Shown here piece after piece: positions 19,874 to 29,572 of a DNA stretch of 64,000 bases (the first letter of the stretch is position 1; every line of letters starts with the position of its first letter). The position numbers and the translations under genes were made by a program. Below the pieces are notes generated by a model that saw only the letters and a program-made list of their open reading frames with translations, was not told where the DNA came from and did no database searches. This DNA comes from a virus, in IMG/VR virus record IMGVR_UViG_3300006947_000007, positions 18,406-82,405 of that record. One strand, written 5' to 3'.

Positions 19874-20488
19874 TTATAGTGCCGCTATACGTGACTGGAA
19901 GTCAGCGAAGTCGCTCGATGCTGCAACGTGTGTTTTTAATATTGCTAACGACATTGTTTCTGCGGTCAAGTAAATGCTATCATTAGTCCATTGACTAATG
20001 TTACCAGACTTGTTTGTAAATGTGTCAGTACTAGATGCTGAAACGGCACCAGTTAAGCCTGTCCAGACACCGTTTACATATCCAACAAATTGATCTGTTG
20101 AAGTGTTATAATAAAGTGTGCCGTCTACTGGTGAACTAGGTGCTGACGATTGAGCATTAAAAACTGTCTTGTCAGTATAAACTGTAGTAGAGTGTAAGTT
20201 GTTCCAACTTTTACTTGCTGAACCTAAGTCTTTTGAATCTGTTGTATCTGGTTCAACATTACTAGATAGTACTATTTTACCTGTACCATTTGGATCTAAT
20301 GTAATATTAGCATTGGTTGTTGTTGAAGCAATAGTTGTACCAGTTAAATCTAATTGTGTATCAACTGCCCCAACTTGCCATAAGTTTGAAAAGTTTGTGT
20401 TTGCTTTGATTAAAGCGTCACGTAAGTAATCACCAGAGCCGTCGTCTGCTGTTGTTCCTACGTTTATAATCTCTCTTGTGTATGCCAT
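19874..20488 (-). CDS. baseplate/tail-fibre protein (gp9/gp10-like N-terminus)
   Basis: INVGTTADDGSGDYLRDALIKANTNF. Confidence 0.7.
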   Translation of the reverse strand: MAYTREIINVGTTADDGSGDYLRDALIKANTNFSNLWQVGAVDTQLDLTGTTIASTTTNANITLDPNGTGKIVLSSNVEPDTTDSKDLGSASKSWNNLHSTTVYTDKTVFNAQSSAPSSPVDGTLYYNTSTDQFVGYVNGVWTGLTGAVSASSTDTFTNKSGNISQWTNDSIYLTAETMSLAILKTHVAASSDFADFQSRIAAL

Positions 20489-20501
20489 TAAGTATTACCT
20501 A

Positions 20502-21170
20502 TTAAACTAAATTAACCCAAGCGCCGTTTTCGTAGCCCTTAAATTTGTTTGCTGATGTATCATAATATATCATACCATTAGTTGGTGAGCCCGGTGCTGT
20601 TCCTGGGTTGTGTAATGTATGGTTAGCACTTACTGAAACACTTGCTGTAAGTGTACCACCAAATATAGTTAACCATTGTAGACTAGCACTACCTAAACTC
20701 TTTTGGGCATCAGCACTTGGTTTAATATCACTTGCTACTGATAAATGACCTGTTCCTGCTGGATCAAGTACAATGTTTTCATTAGTTGTTGTAGACGATA
20801 TAGTACTAGCGTGTATTGATAAGTCTTCAACTGATAACGTGCTAGACGTAGCATTCCATGTCATTTTGGCATCGTGGCTTACATCACCATCAGCATCCAT
20901 ATATAAAATAGCATTATCAGTATGTGCTTCAAGCCTTAAACTTGTGCTAGTATCAACAACAACAATGCCGGCACCGTTAGTATCAAGTACTAAGTTTCCA
21001 TCTGTGTTAGTTGATTTAATTTTATTGCCGGATATATCAATGTTAGTGCCTACGGCGTCAGCACCATATATTTCGTCAAAGTTATCATTAATTTTATCAA
21101 ACGCTGTTCTTAACGGATCGCCTGTTCCATCATTTGCTGAACTGCCCAGATTTACTGTTTGTTTTGCCAT
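20502..21170 (-). CDS. baseplate/tail-fibre protein (gp9/gp10-like N-terminus)
   Basis: VNLGSSANDGTGDPLRTAFDKINDNF; paralog of neighbour; ATAAATA upstream. Confidence 0.72.
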   Translation of the reverse strand: MAKQTVNLGSSANDGTGDPLRTAFDKINDNFDEIYGADAVGTNIDISGNKIKSTNTDGNLVLDTNGAGIVVVDTSTSLRLEAHTDNAILYMDADGDVSHDAKMTWNATSSTLSVEDLSIHASTISSTTTNENIVLDPAGTGHLSVASDIKPSADAQKSLGSASLQWLTIFGGTLTASVSVSANHTLHNPGTAPGSPTNGMIYYDTSANKFKGYENGAWVNLV

Positions 21171-21236
21171 TTTATTGTTCCTATTTTATATATTGTATTT
21201 ATATTCTTAAACAGCAATTAGTCACTAAGAATAATG

Positions 21237-22517
21237 CTATTCAATTAATTCGTGGTAGTGAGGGAAATGATCAGAGAATGATATTTTTCTTCTTTTCTCT
21301 AATATTTCAAATTGCTTCTTTGCTAATTGCTTAGCCTCTGTACTTACCTTACCGCTAACCATAGATTTCATATCCCGTAGAACCGATATGTATCCTTGTT
21401 TATCGTCAAATGTTCCAGACATGTCGATAAAATAATCTATTTGTTCTTGTATTGTGTTAGTGTGGCTAGGGTCTAAACCTAACACAGAAAGCCACAACGG
21501 ATCTTGTACCCGATTATGGTGCATTATTATTTCTTTATCGTAATCAAATTTATTAATTTTCTCATTCAAATATATCAAAAAATCCTTAAAGTATGGTAGA
21601 CTTAAACTGTTATGAGCACAGCCAAATCCTAATATTAAATTTTTAGTTTCTTTTGATTGTTTAAAGAACGAGTCTACATTTTGGTTCCATTTATCAAAGT
21701 CCAGGCCCCATCTAATTAGTTCACTCCTCTTACCTAATGCTTCTCCGGAAAGTTGCATTTCATAACGAATGTTTGGGGTTCTCTTCACTAGCTCTATAAA
21801 CTTATCATACTTGTGTTTCGGAAAGTTTAAATTGGTTGTAACAACTAGTACAACTTCTTGCCCGTCGGTTATAGTGTCATTAATGTTAACTATAAATTCT
21901 TCTATAAATTGATACATGTGATTTGTAAAGAATGGTTCGCCACCTAATAAACTAAAGGTTATAAAATCTTTATGTTTAAGAGTACTGTTCCACCATTCAT
22001 TTAATAATTGAAGTACTTTTTCAAATATAGCATCCTCTGTATCTGGGAATCGTCTACCTGTTTCTTTCTGCCAACGGCTACTCTGACCTTCCCAACAATA
22101 GGCACATGCCATATTACATTTGTTTGTTAGTTCGAGTTCAACAAACTGAAATAGATCAGATGACAAGTCTAATTTTTTATTAAATAAGGGATTGTTTTTG
22201 CGAATATGCTCAGTTCTTGTACTAGTACCGCTCGCTTCTTCTGATTTCCAGCACCCAGAACAATCTGCGGATTGTATGCCGTTGCTTAATTCATATTTTC
22301 TTTTTTGTAGCGTTGGGTGATTGAGTAAGAAATCTAAGCCTTTTGCTTCTAATATATCTAAATCAAATGTAACTTCAGCTCGCTGATCTTCTGTTAATTC
22401 TGTCTTACAACACCAGTTGACTGTTTTATTTGGCAGAGATATAATAAGATCGTTCCAAGTTTTGAAACACATTGTATCCGCATGATGTTCAGACTGCAAA
22501 TGACTCGCCGCACCCAC
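21237..22517 (-). CDS. radical SAM protein with N-terminal twitch-like Cys cluster
   Basis: CFKTW..WCC..CSGC then CNMACAYC, GGEP; exact start uncertain. Confidence 0.88.
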   Translation of the reverse strand: MGAASHLQSEHHADTMCFKTWNDLIISLPNKTVNWCCKTELTEDQRAEVTFDLDILEAKGLDFLLNHPTLQKRKYELSNGIQSADCSGCWKSEEASGTSTRTEHIRKNNPLFNKKLDLSSDLFQFVELELTNKCNMACAYCWEGQSSRWQKETGRRFPDTEDAIFEKVLQLLNEWWNSTLKHKDFITFSLLGGEPFFTNHMYQFIEEFIVNINDTITDGQEVVLVVTTNLNFPKHKYDKFIELVKRTPNIRYEMQLSGEALGKRSELIRWGLDFDKWNQNVDSFFKQSKETKNLILGFGCAHNSLSLPYFKDFLIYLNEKINKFDYDKEIIMHHNRVQDPLWLSVLGLDPSHTNTIQEQIDYFIDMSGTFDDKQGYISVLRDMKSMVSGKVSTEAKQLAKKQFEILEKRRKISFSDHFPHYHELIE

Positions 22518-22821
22518 AACTTGAAGTTGCTTGGGGGTTCTTAACTGCTAGGAACGATCCGCCTAGTTCTTGAACATAGTCAATAACACTACCCAAGACG
22601 TACATTTCAGCAAGTTTATTAATCATTAATCTATTATCGGAATCGTCGCTTAGTTGTACTTCGATCCATTCGTCTGGGTCTGTGATTTCATTGGCAAACT
22701 TCCAGTCGTATGTAAATCCACTACAGCCACCACCTTTTATAGTGAATGTGGCATATTTCTTATCATTTGTTGTTGTGGCGTTTAGCAAATAATCCTTTGC
22801 TTTGTCAGTTACGTCTATCAT
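22489..22821 (-). CDS. A-type Fe-S carrier (HesB/IscA/SufA family)
   Basis: GGGCSGF and CGCGESF. Confidence 0.92.
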   Translation of the reverse strand: MIDVTDKAKDYLLNATTTNDKKYATFTIKGGGCSGFTYDWKFANEITDPDEWIEVQLSDDSDNRLMINKLAEMYVLGSVIDYVQELGGSFLAVKNPQATSSCGCGESFAV

Positions 22822-22855
22822 TTTAATTTCCTAGTGTTATACTTACTTATCGTTG

Positions 22856-23191
22856 TCAATCTATGTGATGTACTTTTACGATTAGTGATTTGTCTGGTAT
22901 TCCTCGTAAATCTACTTGGCACCCTAGTCTGCTTTTACCTTCTACATATCCTGGTGAATAATCTAAAAGGTCCAATTCAGCAAGTGGGATTTTGCCATGT
23001 TCCATTTCTCCTAAGAGCTCGTATCCTTTTATTACTTCTATATGGCAGGTAGCACATATACAACTTCCTCCACAATCACCCCAAGGTTCTCCCTTGAAGT
23101 GATCGTAGAGTGCTACCATTATGTTGTCGTTCTCACCATATTCAACATCAAACTCACGGCCTGACCTTGTAATACACTTGAACGTGGTCAT
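22856..23191 (-). CDS. 2Fe-2S ferredoxin (ISC/adrenodoxin type)
   Basis: CGGSCICATCH...SRLGCQ; start reassigned to MTTFK. Confidence 0.88.
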   Translation of the reverse strand: MTTFKCITRSGREFDVEYGENDNIMVALYDHFKGEPWGDCGGSCICATCHIEVIKGYELLGEMEHGKIPLAELDLLDYSPGYVEGKSRLGCQVDLRGIPDKSLIVKVHHID

Positions 23192-23193
23192 AA

Positions 23194-23379
23194 CTAGCCT
23201 TTCGTTAGTACTTGGTAGGCGCCGTAGGCTATTGCGGCATAGGCGGCGTATGTAACCCATCCACCTAAAAATAGTATAACTAATCCTACAGCAACTAATC
23301 CTAGTCCACCATGAGATGCTTTCTCTTTCATTCTACTTGTAATAAAATCCATAATATTCTCCTTTATATTGTGTAGCAT
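23194..23379 (-). CDS. small membrane protein
   Basis: AGGAG RBS before MDF, 2 TM segments. Confidence 0.5.
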   Translation of the reverse strand: MLHNIKENIMDFITSRMKEKASHGGLGLVAVGLVILFLGGWVTYAAYAAIAYGAYQVLTKG

Positions 23380-23391
23380 TGCTACGTTACA

Positions 23392-23952
23392 TTAAGCATT
23401 TTCTAATACTTTCCTTATGCTTAAAACCTTTTGCTTAATCAAATCCACATAGTCTGGATTTGTACTCCATTTACTAAGGAGCTCTATTTGTTTGTTTATA
23501 TTGAGTGAGTTAGTTTCTAATTGAATAGCTCTTTCAGTTCTAAAGAGCTCATAAGCATGATGCCCATTAATAGTATTTACCATATTTTTAACTGATTCAC
23601 ACTTGTTTTTGAACGCTCTAACACCCCATACAGCGTCTGGATCGCCTAATGGCTTTAGTTGAGGTATATCTTTATTCCAAGTTCTAATACCAAACAAGTT
23701 ATTACCTTCGTTAGCAAATCTACTCTTGCCGTACCCAGATTCCATTACTGCCATAGATATAATAATCTCACTACTTATTTGCTGATCAGGGTCAATATCT
23801 AAATTTACATATTTAATACAGTTATTTACAGCTAATACAAATTCATTGTTATTAGTATATTTCATGGTAGTTGAATGATTAGAAATATTGCCAACACTTG
23901 CTGTAACTATTGTTAACAGAATCGCAATAAGTATTCCTTGATTTTTATTCAT
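23392..23952 (-). CDS. GH73 glucosaminidase-like (Bax/FlgJ) protein
   Basis: MESGYGKSRFA..GNNLFGI, WSTNPDY. Confidence 0.8.
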   Translation of the reverse strand: MNKNQGILIAILLTIVTASVGNISNHSTTMKYTNNNEFVLAVNNCIKYVNLDIDPDQQISSEIIISMAVMESGYGKSRFANEGNNLFGIRTWNKDIPQLKPLGDPDAVWGVRAFKNKCESVKNMVNTINGHHAYELFRTERAIQLETNSLNINKQIELLSKWSTNPDYVDLIKQKVLSIRKVLENA

Positions 23953-23953
23953 A

Positions 23954-24460
23954 CTATACCTTTTTACCTGCTGTTAAGAGTTCTTCCCTCGAAACAACCA
24001 TGTAAGGTCCTTTATTATAAGCAGGGACAACCGAATATTGTTTGCTAATTTCAATTCTTTCAGCTTGTTCTTTCCAACTACGTTGTTCAGATCCGTGACT
24101 GGGAACCGTGGCAGAGGTGAACGGATTCGAACCGCTAGTTTTGGATTTGGAATCCAACGTGTTACCATTAACACTACACCCCTTGAATGGTTCTCTTAAT
24201 AGTGTTGGACCTGAAACAAGTTTATTAACTATTGGTGTATGTTTATTTTGATATGCTTGTTTAGGTTTATAATAGCCCTGAACATAATCAATGTATTCAG
24301 TAAGAGTCATTTGAAGACCATGTAGGTGTTGTTTTCTTAGATGTTTATTATATGCTTTAAGGTCTTTAGATAGTTTTATCTTTTCTTTCTCAGATACAAT
24401 CTTACGTTTATACTTTTTTGTATTTAACGAGGTCATCCCCCGTACCAAACCCATGGTCAT
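23954..24460 (-). CDS. conserved phage hypothetical protein containing a nested tRNA
   Basis: Basic N-terminus and C-terminal VPAYNKGPYMVV; packed 1 nt from both neighbours. Confidence 0.7.
   Translation of the reverse strand: MTMGLVRGMTSLNTKKYKRKIVSEKEKIKLSKDLKAYNKHLRKQHLHGLQMTLTEYIDYVQGYYKPKQAYQNKHTPIVNKLVSGPTLLREPFKGCSVNGNTLDSKSKTSGSNPFTSATVPSHGSEQRSWKEQAERIEISKQYSVVPAYNKGPYMVVSREELLTAGKKV
24109..24183 (-). tRNA. tRNA-Trp(CCA), nested in CDS 23954..24460
   Basis: AGGGGTG/CACCTCT acceptor, GTGT/ACAC D-stem, TTGGA-TTCCAAA-TCCAA anticodon arm, AGCGG-TTCGAAT-CCGTT T-arm, G73, encoded CCA. Confidence 0.93.
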
Positions 24461-24461
24461 A

Positions 24462-24713
24462 TTAGATAGCTTTCTTGAAAGTTACTTCGTCGAACTTGTT
24501 ATGATCCTCTTTATTAAATATGATATTGGACATTCCAAAATCAGTAGGAGCAAAAGTATCTTCGAATATTTTAAATTCTGATAACTTATATTCTAGCATT
24601 AATGTTAGGATATTAACAACTGCTGTTTTGTTCTTAATATCGTTTATGGAACCCGGAGCAAGTAACTTTAATACCTTCTCCAGGTCCTCTATATCTTTTA
24701 ATACGTCTATCAT
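24462..24713 (-). CDS. hypothetical protein
   Basis: Tightly packed operon ORF. Confidence 0.55.
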   Translation of the reverse strand: MIDVLKDIEDLEKVLKLLAPGSINDIKNKTAVVNILTLMLEYKLSEFKIFEDTFAPTDFGMSNIIFNKEDHNKFDEVTFKKAI

Positions 24714-24714
24714 A

Positions 24715-25179
24715 TTAAAATTCGTGTGTATAATTAGCGTAATACTTAACGTTATCTATCATCCAGCTTATTGTTGAATGAGAGTAAACTTCCTGCCTAG
24801 ATTCTTCATATCTAGTTTGTACTGTACAAATTGTTTGAGTTTGCCCGTTAGTAGTTGGCTTATTCTTGTTAGCTACATCGGCACCAATGATAGCACCTAA
24901 TATAGTTGCGGCATCGTTACCTTTGCCTTTACCTACTTGGTTACCAATAACACCGCCAATGATAGCACCAAACAATACATCGGCACTTGAAGCGCCAGTA
25001 CCATTAGTGTACACTTGCTTACAAACTTCAACATTGTACGGTACTTGGCTTATTACTGTTTTCATATGATGATAAACATTAGGCCTTTCTACTCTTCCCG
25101 AATTTAAATCAGCCATTGCTGACGCGGCTACCAATGTTAACATTGTACTAGCAATTATTACTTTGATTGTATTTTTCAT
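24715..25179 (-). CDS. glycine-zipper 2TM domain protein
   Basis: Signal peptide; GAIIGGVIGNQVGKGKGNDAATILGAIIGA. Confidence 0.8.
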   Translation of the reverse strand: MKNTIKVIIASTMLTLVAASAMADLNSGRVERPNVYHHMKTVISQVPYNVEVCKQVYTNGTGASSADVLFGAIIGGVIGNQVGKGKGNDAATILGAIIGADVANKNKPTTNGQTQTICTVQTRYEESRQEVYSHSTISWMIDNVKYYANYTHEF

Positions 25180-25213
25180 TTGTTATTCCTTCTTTTATTG
25201 TTTATATACTACT

Positions 25214-25280
25214 ATTATACACTATACAGGCCAAAAGTCAACCATTTTCTCGTCTTTTTTGTCAATATAACCTGTTGATT
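25214..25280 (-). promoter_or_regulatory. early promoter with upstream IHF-consensus site
   Basis: AATCAACAGGTTA-N26-TTGACT-N16-TATAAT. Confidence 0.7.
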
Positions 25281-25301
25281 TTACTAGATTATATATATTT
25301 A

Positions 25302-26066
25302 TTAGGATTTTATTTCTAAATCACGGTAAAACCACCAGTAATTCTCGTCATTTTCGGTGTTCGGAACAGTTAATGTGTCCAAATACACCATAAAGTCCTT
25401 CCAAGTTTGTCCATCGTAATCGTCATATTCCATATAAGGATACTCTTTAGTATCTCTAACTGCTTGATTAAAACTCTCAAACTTTATGTGCTTTCTTAAC
25501 CCTGTGTGAATTAATAAACTTCCTGTGTGTTCTTTTAGATTAGTAACTTCGCCGGTGCCGTAAGTCAACCATAAAGGCGTATAATGATTGTGGTGATTCT
25601 CTTTACTACGCTCAAAGTTCTGCCATTCTGTCCTGTCTATGCTAGGCCTAAACCCCGGAATAACTTCCCCATCTCGGTATCGAATGTCTTCATCCATTTC
25701 TGCTACATTAACGAAGTAGCAACTATTAAACATTCTTAAATAAAAGCCTTCATCAGTCCTGTCAATCATATGTCCGATAGCCCACCAACGTTTATCCTTA
25801 GTTTGTTCTAACACTAACTCAAATGTTTTTTCTGGTTCTAAAAATATATGGCCAGCACTAACTACACACACTACATCTAAGTCGTGTTTATTTTCGTATA
25901 TGTGATTCCATATTTGTTTTTGTCGATAGTCTTCTTTAGGAAATGCTATTACATCTGAATTAGCATACATCTTTTTAGCATTTTCAACCGTGTGGTCAAA
26001 CAACCGACTAGTAAGAACAGTTTCTTTATATGGGTTGTTAATGTATATTGTTAATTTACGTTTCAT
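25302..26066 (-). CDS. hypothetical protein (possibly glycan-modifying)
   Basis: Long ORF coupled to SGNH-like gene; no decisive motif. Confidence 0.5.
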   Translation of the reverse strand: MKRKLTIYINNPYKETVLTSRLFDHTVENAKKMYANSDVIAFPKEDYRQKQIWNHIYENKHDLDVVCVVSAGHIFLEPEKTFELVLEQTKDKRWWAIGHMIDRTDEGFYLRMFNSCYFVNVAEMDEDIRYRDGEVIPGFRPSIDRTEWQNFERSKENHHNHYTPLWLTYGTGEVTNLKEHTGSLLIHTGLRKHIKFESFNQAVRDTKEYPYMEYDDYDGQTWKDFMVYLDTLTVPNTENDENYWWFYRDLEIKS

Positions 26067-26956
26067 TTAGTCATATTAAATATAGGATCAAAGTATCTAG
26101 CAAACATTTTAAATCCTTCGTGATTTAAATGAGCATCATCGTGAGGTCTCATATATTTGTCTAATTGTGGTGTTTTGTCGTTTGCCCATTTAAGGAAGTA
26201 TGTTTCGTTTACTAAGTTGCTTTTAAGGAATTGTTTATCACTTTCAGGAAACTCATGAAAGAACTCATCCCTTTTATTATTTCTAAGAGGTTTCTCCCAT
26301 TGATAAAATTTAACCAACTTGCCTTTAGCTGTTAAGTAGCCGTGTATTAATTTTAAAGTACTTATAACTTGTTTCATTCGTGCCGAATCCGAATATGTTG
26401 TAAAAAATCTAGATACAGGCAAGATATGTGGTTTTGGTACCAAGTTAAAGAGATGATTCTCAACCATCTGTTCCTGCTCGTCACGTGCCAAAGTTGCCCA
26501 ATAGCTGTCCACTTGAGGTACTCTGTTATATTTTTTATTAGGGTTTAACAACTTCCCACTTTCGAATATTTGTAGTGGATAATAATTTTCATATTCTGTT
26601 AAGTACCTATCATCAATGTGCCAAGTCAATCGCATATAATTAGGTACCTCAATACAATATAGATCAGGATTATAGTTTTCTTCTGTATAGGTTATTCTAT
26701 CAGGTACTGTGTCTATGCCGGCACCTGGGTAACTTACATTATAAATTTTAAAATTTGGATTTTGTTTTGATAATTCTTTGACAAAGTTATCGCCATCTAC
26801 CCGGGTAGCATAATTGTCTGATTGGACATAGCCATTAAACGTGTATGATTCGTCATCGTCGTGACCGCGTTTTCTATTTCTAACTGAGCCTACTGCCGCA
26901 GGCTCTCCTTCTGATGCCATGTATGATGAACCAATAAATGCTACGCTATTAGCCAT
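26063..26956 (-). CDS. SGNH-hydrolase-like protein
   Basis: FIGSSY, YPGAG, DDAHLNHEG (blocks I, II, V). Confidence 0.55.
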   Translation of the reverse strand: MANSVAFIGSSYMASEGEPAAVGSVRNRKRGHDDDESYTFNGYVQSDNYATRVDGDNFVKELSKQNPNFKIYNVSYPGAGIDTVPDRITYTEENYNPDLYCIEVPNYMRLTWHIDDRYLTEYENYYPLQIFESGKLLNPNKKYNRVPQVDSYWATLARDEQEQMVENHLFNLVPKPHILPVSRFFTTYSDSARMKQVISTLKLIHGYLTAKGKLVKFYQWEKPLRNNKRDEFFHEFPESDKQFLKSNLVNETYFLKWANDKTPQLDKYMRPHDDAHLNHEGFKMFARYFDPIFNMTK

Positions 26957-26967
26957 ATATTACTTCC

Positions 26968-27477
26968 TTAATGTACGGTATTACCAGTAGAATCTTGGGG
27001 GAGATTAATTTTCTCAACACTATTTCGTGTTTCATGTATGTGTGATACAATATGGTCGTATTCTTGTTGTGTTAATATTGTACGATATAGTTTTAATGCT
27101 TCTGCTATAAGAGGGCCAGCAATAACTAAGCCACTAGTAAACGAAATATGTTTAGATATTAGTGCCTCAAGTTCAGTATGGAATATAATCATGTCATCGC
27201 TTCGTTCATCGGGTTGTCTAAAGTCAAAGTCTACATCACGCTGGTTCAAAAACTGCTCATCCATTTCGTCGTCGGTCATTTCGTCAATAACGTACCTGTC
27301 TTCGACGTTAGTGTCTTCTTCGTATTGTTTTAGTTCTAAGAATCGTTGCTTCTGTTCTTCTTTTGCTTTTTGTGATAAGAATTTATTAAATGAGCTAGAA
27401 TCACGTGATAATAATCTATCACTAGTTGTTAATAACATTCTGGCTAGGTGTAGTTTTATTTTTTCATTCCATGTCAT
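26968..27477 (-). CDS. hypothetical protein
   Basis: TAAGGA RBS; long structured leader. Confidence 0.55.
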   Translation of the reverse strand: MTWNEKIKLHLARMLLTTSDRLLSRDSSSFNKFLSQKAKEEQKQRFLELKQYEEDTNVEDRYVIDEMTDDEMDEQFLNQRDVDFDFRQPDERSDDMIIFHTELEALISKHISFTSGLVIAGPLIAEALKLYRTILTQQEYDHIVSHIHETRNSVEKINLPQDSTGNTVH

Positions 27478-27722
27478 TTGCTGTTTATCCTTAGATTAAG
27501 TCGTTCGCCTGTCCTACCAGGTTGTTCGCTCTTTGATTTTACTAGTATGTACTAATAAAAGTATAATAGTGACCCCCTTATCGCCGTCCTATTATCGACT
27601 ATCCCTGCCGTTGCCCGATCTGTTCAGCCCACATAACAAATTATAGCGAACATCGATAGTCTTTCCAATTCCTATATTAATAGTACTTATTAAACACTAC
27701 TATAATAACTAGGTAATTACAA

Positions 27723-27935
27723 TTAAAACTCGTAATCTGGCTCATCTGCGTTGTAACTAGTACACACAAATTGTAATGCCTTCCGGGCTTGTTTTACATT
27801 TGCTCCCTTTACATTTTTAAGTATAAACCTAATTGCTTTATCTTTTCCTAATTGTAGTTCATAAACAGCCTTGGTTGCTGAATCTTCTAGTTCAGTTGTT
27901 TTACGTTCTAATTGGTCTTGTGTAAGTTTACTCAT
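27723..27935 (-). CDS. hypothetical protein
   Basis: GAGGA RBS. Confidence 0.55.
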   Translation of the reverse strand: MSKLTQDQLERKTTELEDSATKAVYELQLGKDKAIRFILKNVKGANVKQARKALQFVCTSYNADEPDYEF

Positions 27936-27974
27936 TGCTATTTCCTCTAGCTAAATGTAAAAATAAATCTCTAG

Positions 27975-28139
27975 TTATACTTGTTTAGTAGTGATAGAGA
28001 CAATAGTGTCGGCTGTTACATTTTGTGCTTCAGCTGACGTTATAGCACGGTTAACACTCTCAGATTCGGTGTTTCCGTCCCATGATTCAAGTGACTCAGT
28101 ATTTAAGCCGTTTTGTACTTCAATTGTTGTAATAAACAT
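27975..28139 (-). CDS. small hypothetical protein (54 aa, MFITTIEVQNG...)
   Basis: AAAGG RBS, downstream of a TTGACT promoter near 28170-28197; not in ORF track. Confidence 0.5.
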   Translation of the reverse strand: MFITTIEVQNGLNTESLESWDGNTESESVNRAITSAEAQNVTADTIVSITTKQV

Positions 28140-28210
28140 ATGGTGCCTTTCTGTTGTTTGTATAGTACTATAATAGCATCTATTTGTTATAAGTCAACCA
28201 TTTTATTTGA

Positions 28211-29572
28211 TTAATCTATGTTTATTGTGTTAGGAGAGGTAATACCGAACGTAATTAGCGATTTAACCTTCTCATAAACATCAAAATCCTTAGAATAGGT
28301 AGTTTTGAACACTTGATCCCATAAAAACATCCATCCTAGTGTATTGTGTTCCTGTGGATCATCACCCATAAATCGCAGTTCACTGTTGCTATAAGTTCCG
28401 TTTGTGACCAGTCCAGTTACCTTAGGGTCTTTATAGTTTTCAGATGCCCATTGTACAAACTTTTCAATCTTAGGGTATTTTTTCCTAATGTCAATGCCTT
28501 GGTTGTGTAACACTATTGCCATAACTACCATTGATTGCCCAACTTCGTTGCCGCTTGATATTCCATAGTTGCCGCCATCACCGTTTCTGTGTTCATTCTT
28601 AAACGTTCCGTCGTTTCGCATTGTACTGTAGAAATCCTCAAAGCCATTTACTCCTGCTGTAAAATATGTTTCATTATCATCAGCAATTCCCCAGAGCATA
28701 TTTGCTACTTGTTTGTTAATTGTTTCGTGATTGCCTGCTTCGTGAAACGGTTTCCAGTTCCAGCGACTACCAATTGTACCGTTCATCGGCCCTTGCTCTA
28801 ATGCCCATACTCTCTTTTCTAACCAGTTGTGTACTAGATTAAACTCTTCAGGTGAGTACATCTTATTTCTTTGTAATACAATGTGTGCTTCTATTAGCGG
28901 TATGATTGTGGGATAAAATCTACCTAAAGAATTAGAAAATCCCTGATAGTCTTCTTGACCATTTGCCTGTCTATAGATAAATGTACCGGCTTGTAATTCT
29001 TTAAGCCATTTGCCGTCTGCTCCATCTATTAATCCTTCTTTTAAATTTGTAAGGTTATTAGATTGTAGTAAATGAGATATGTCATAGGCGTGTCTATAAG
29101 GAGCATACATTCCACCGTTAACTGGATATCCTAATTCTTTATTCTTTGGATTTAGTATTACCATCTTGTCGCCACCGTTTTCGTCAACACTCGGAGCATA
29201 CAGTATATTATCAAAATAAGATCGCCATTGTAAATTGTCACATGTATTCATCGCACACTGGTACAACGGATAGTAGTCATCTACTGTCCAGGTTTCTCCC
29301 CATACTCCGGACATATTTGTAGGAGTATAGCTTCCGTTGCCTGCTATATTAATTGCCCTGTTAGTACCATCAAAGGAACTTTTACCTACAAACAATACTG
29401 GCTCTTTGATTAGGTTTTCTATTATTACATTACAAGACCCTGTTCTAGCACAATTATATCCGTATGCCTTTCCAGTTGGCCAATCAGCTTTGGCTTGTGT
29501 TGTAAAACATAATGCCCCTAGCACTACTAAAAGAGTCATCATCTGGTAGATTAGTATTTTATTTTTGTTCAT
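28211..29572 (-). CDS. secreted protein with alginate-lyase-like (alpha/alpha toroid) C-terminal region
   Basis: Signal peptide; GNH...W.. and DGTFKNEHRNG resemble PL5-type NNH and DGxxxxExxRG motifs. Confidence 0.35.
   Translation of the reverse strand: MNKNKILIYQMMTLLVVLGALCFTTQAKADWPTGKAYGYNCARTGSCNVIIENLIKEPVLFVGKSSFDGTNRAINIAGNGSYTPTNMSGVWGETWTVDDYYPLYQCAMNTCDNLQWRSYFDNILYAPSVDENGGDKMVILNPKNKELGYPVNGGMYAPYRHAYDISHLLQSNNLTNLKEGLIDGADGKWLKELQAGTFIYRQANGQEDYQGFSNSLGRFYPTIIPLIEAHIVLQRNKMYSPEEFNLVHNWLEKRVWALEQGPMNGTIGSRWNWKPFHEAGNHETINKQVANMLWGIADDNETYFTAGVNGFEDFYSTMRNDGTFKNEHRNGDGGNYGISSGNEVGQSMVVMAIVLHNQGIDIRKKYPKIEKFVQWASENYKDPKVTGLVTNGTYSNSELRFMGDDPQEHNTLGWMFLWDQVFKTTYSKDFDVYEKVKSLITFGITSPNTINID

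Noticed and set aside
23974-24174. 66-aa ORF overlapping tRNA-Trp in another frame
   Set aside because: Starts inside the tRNA, has no RBS, and is a shadow of 23954..24460
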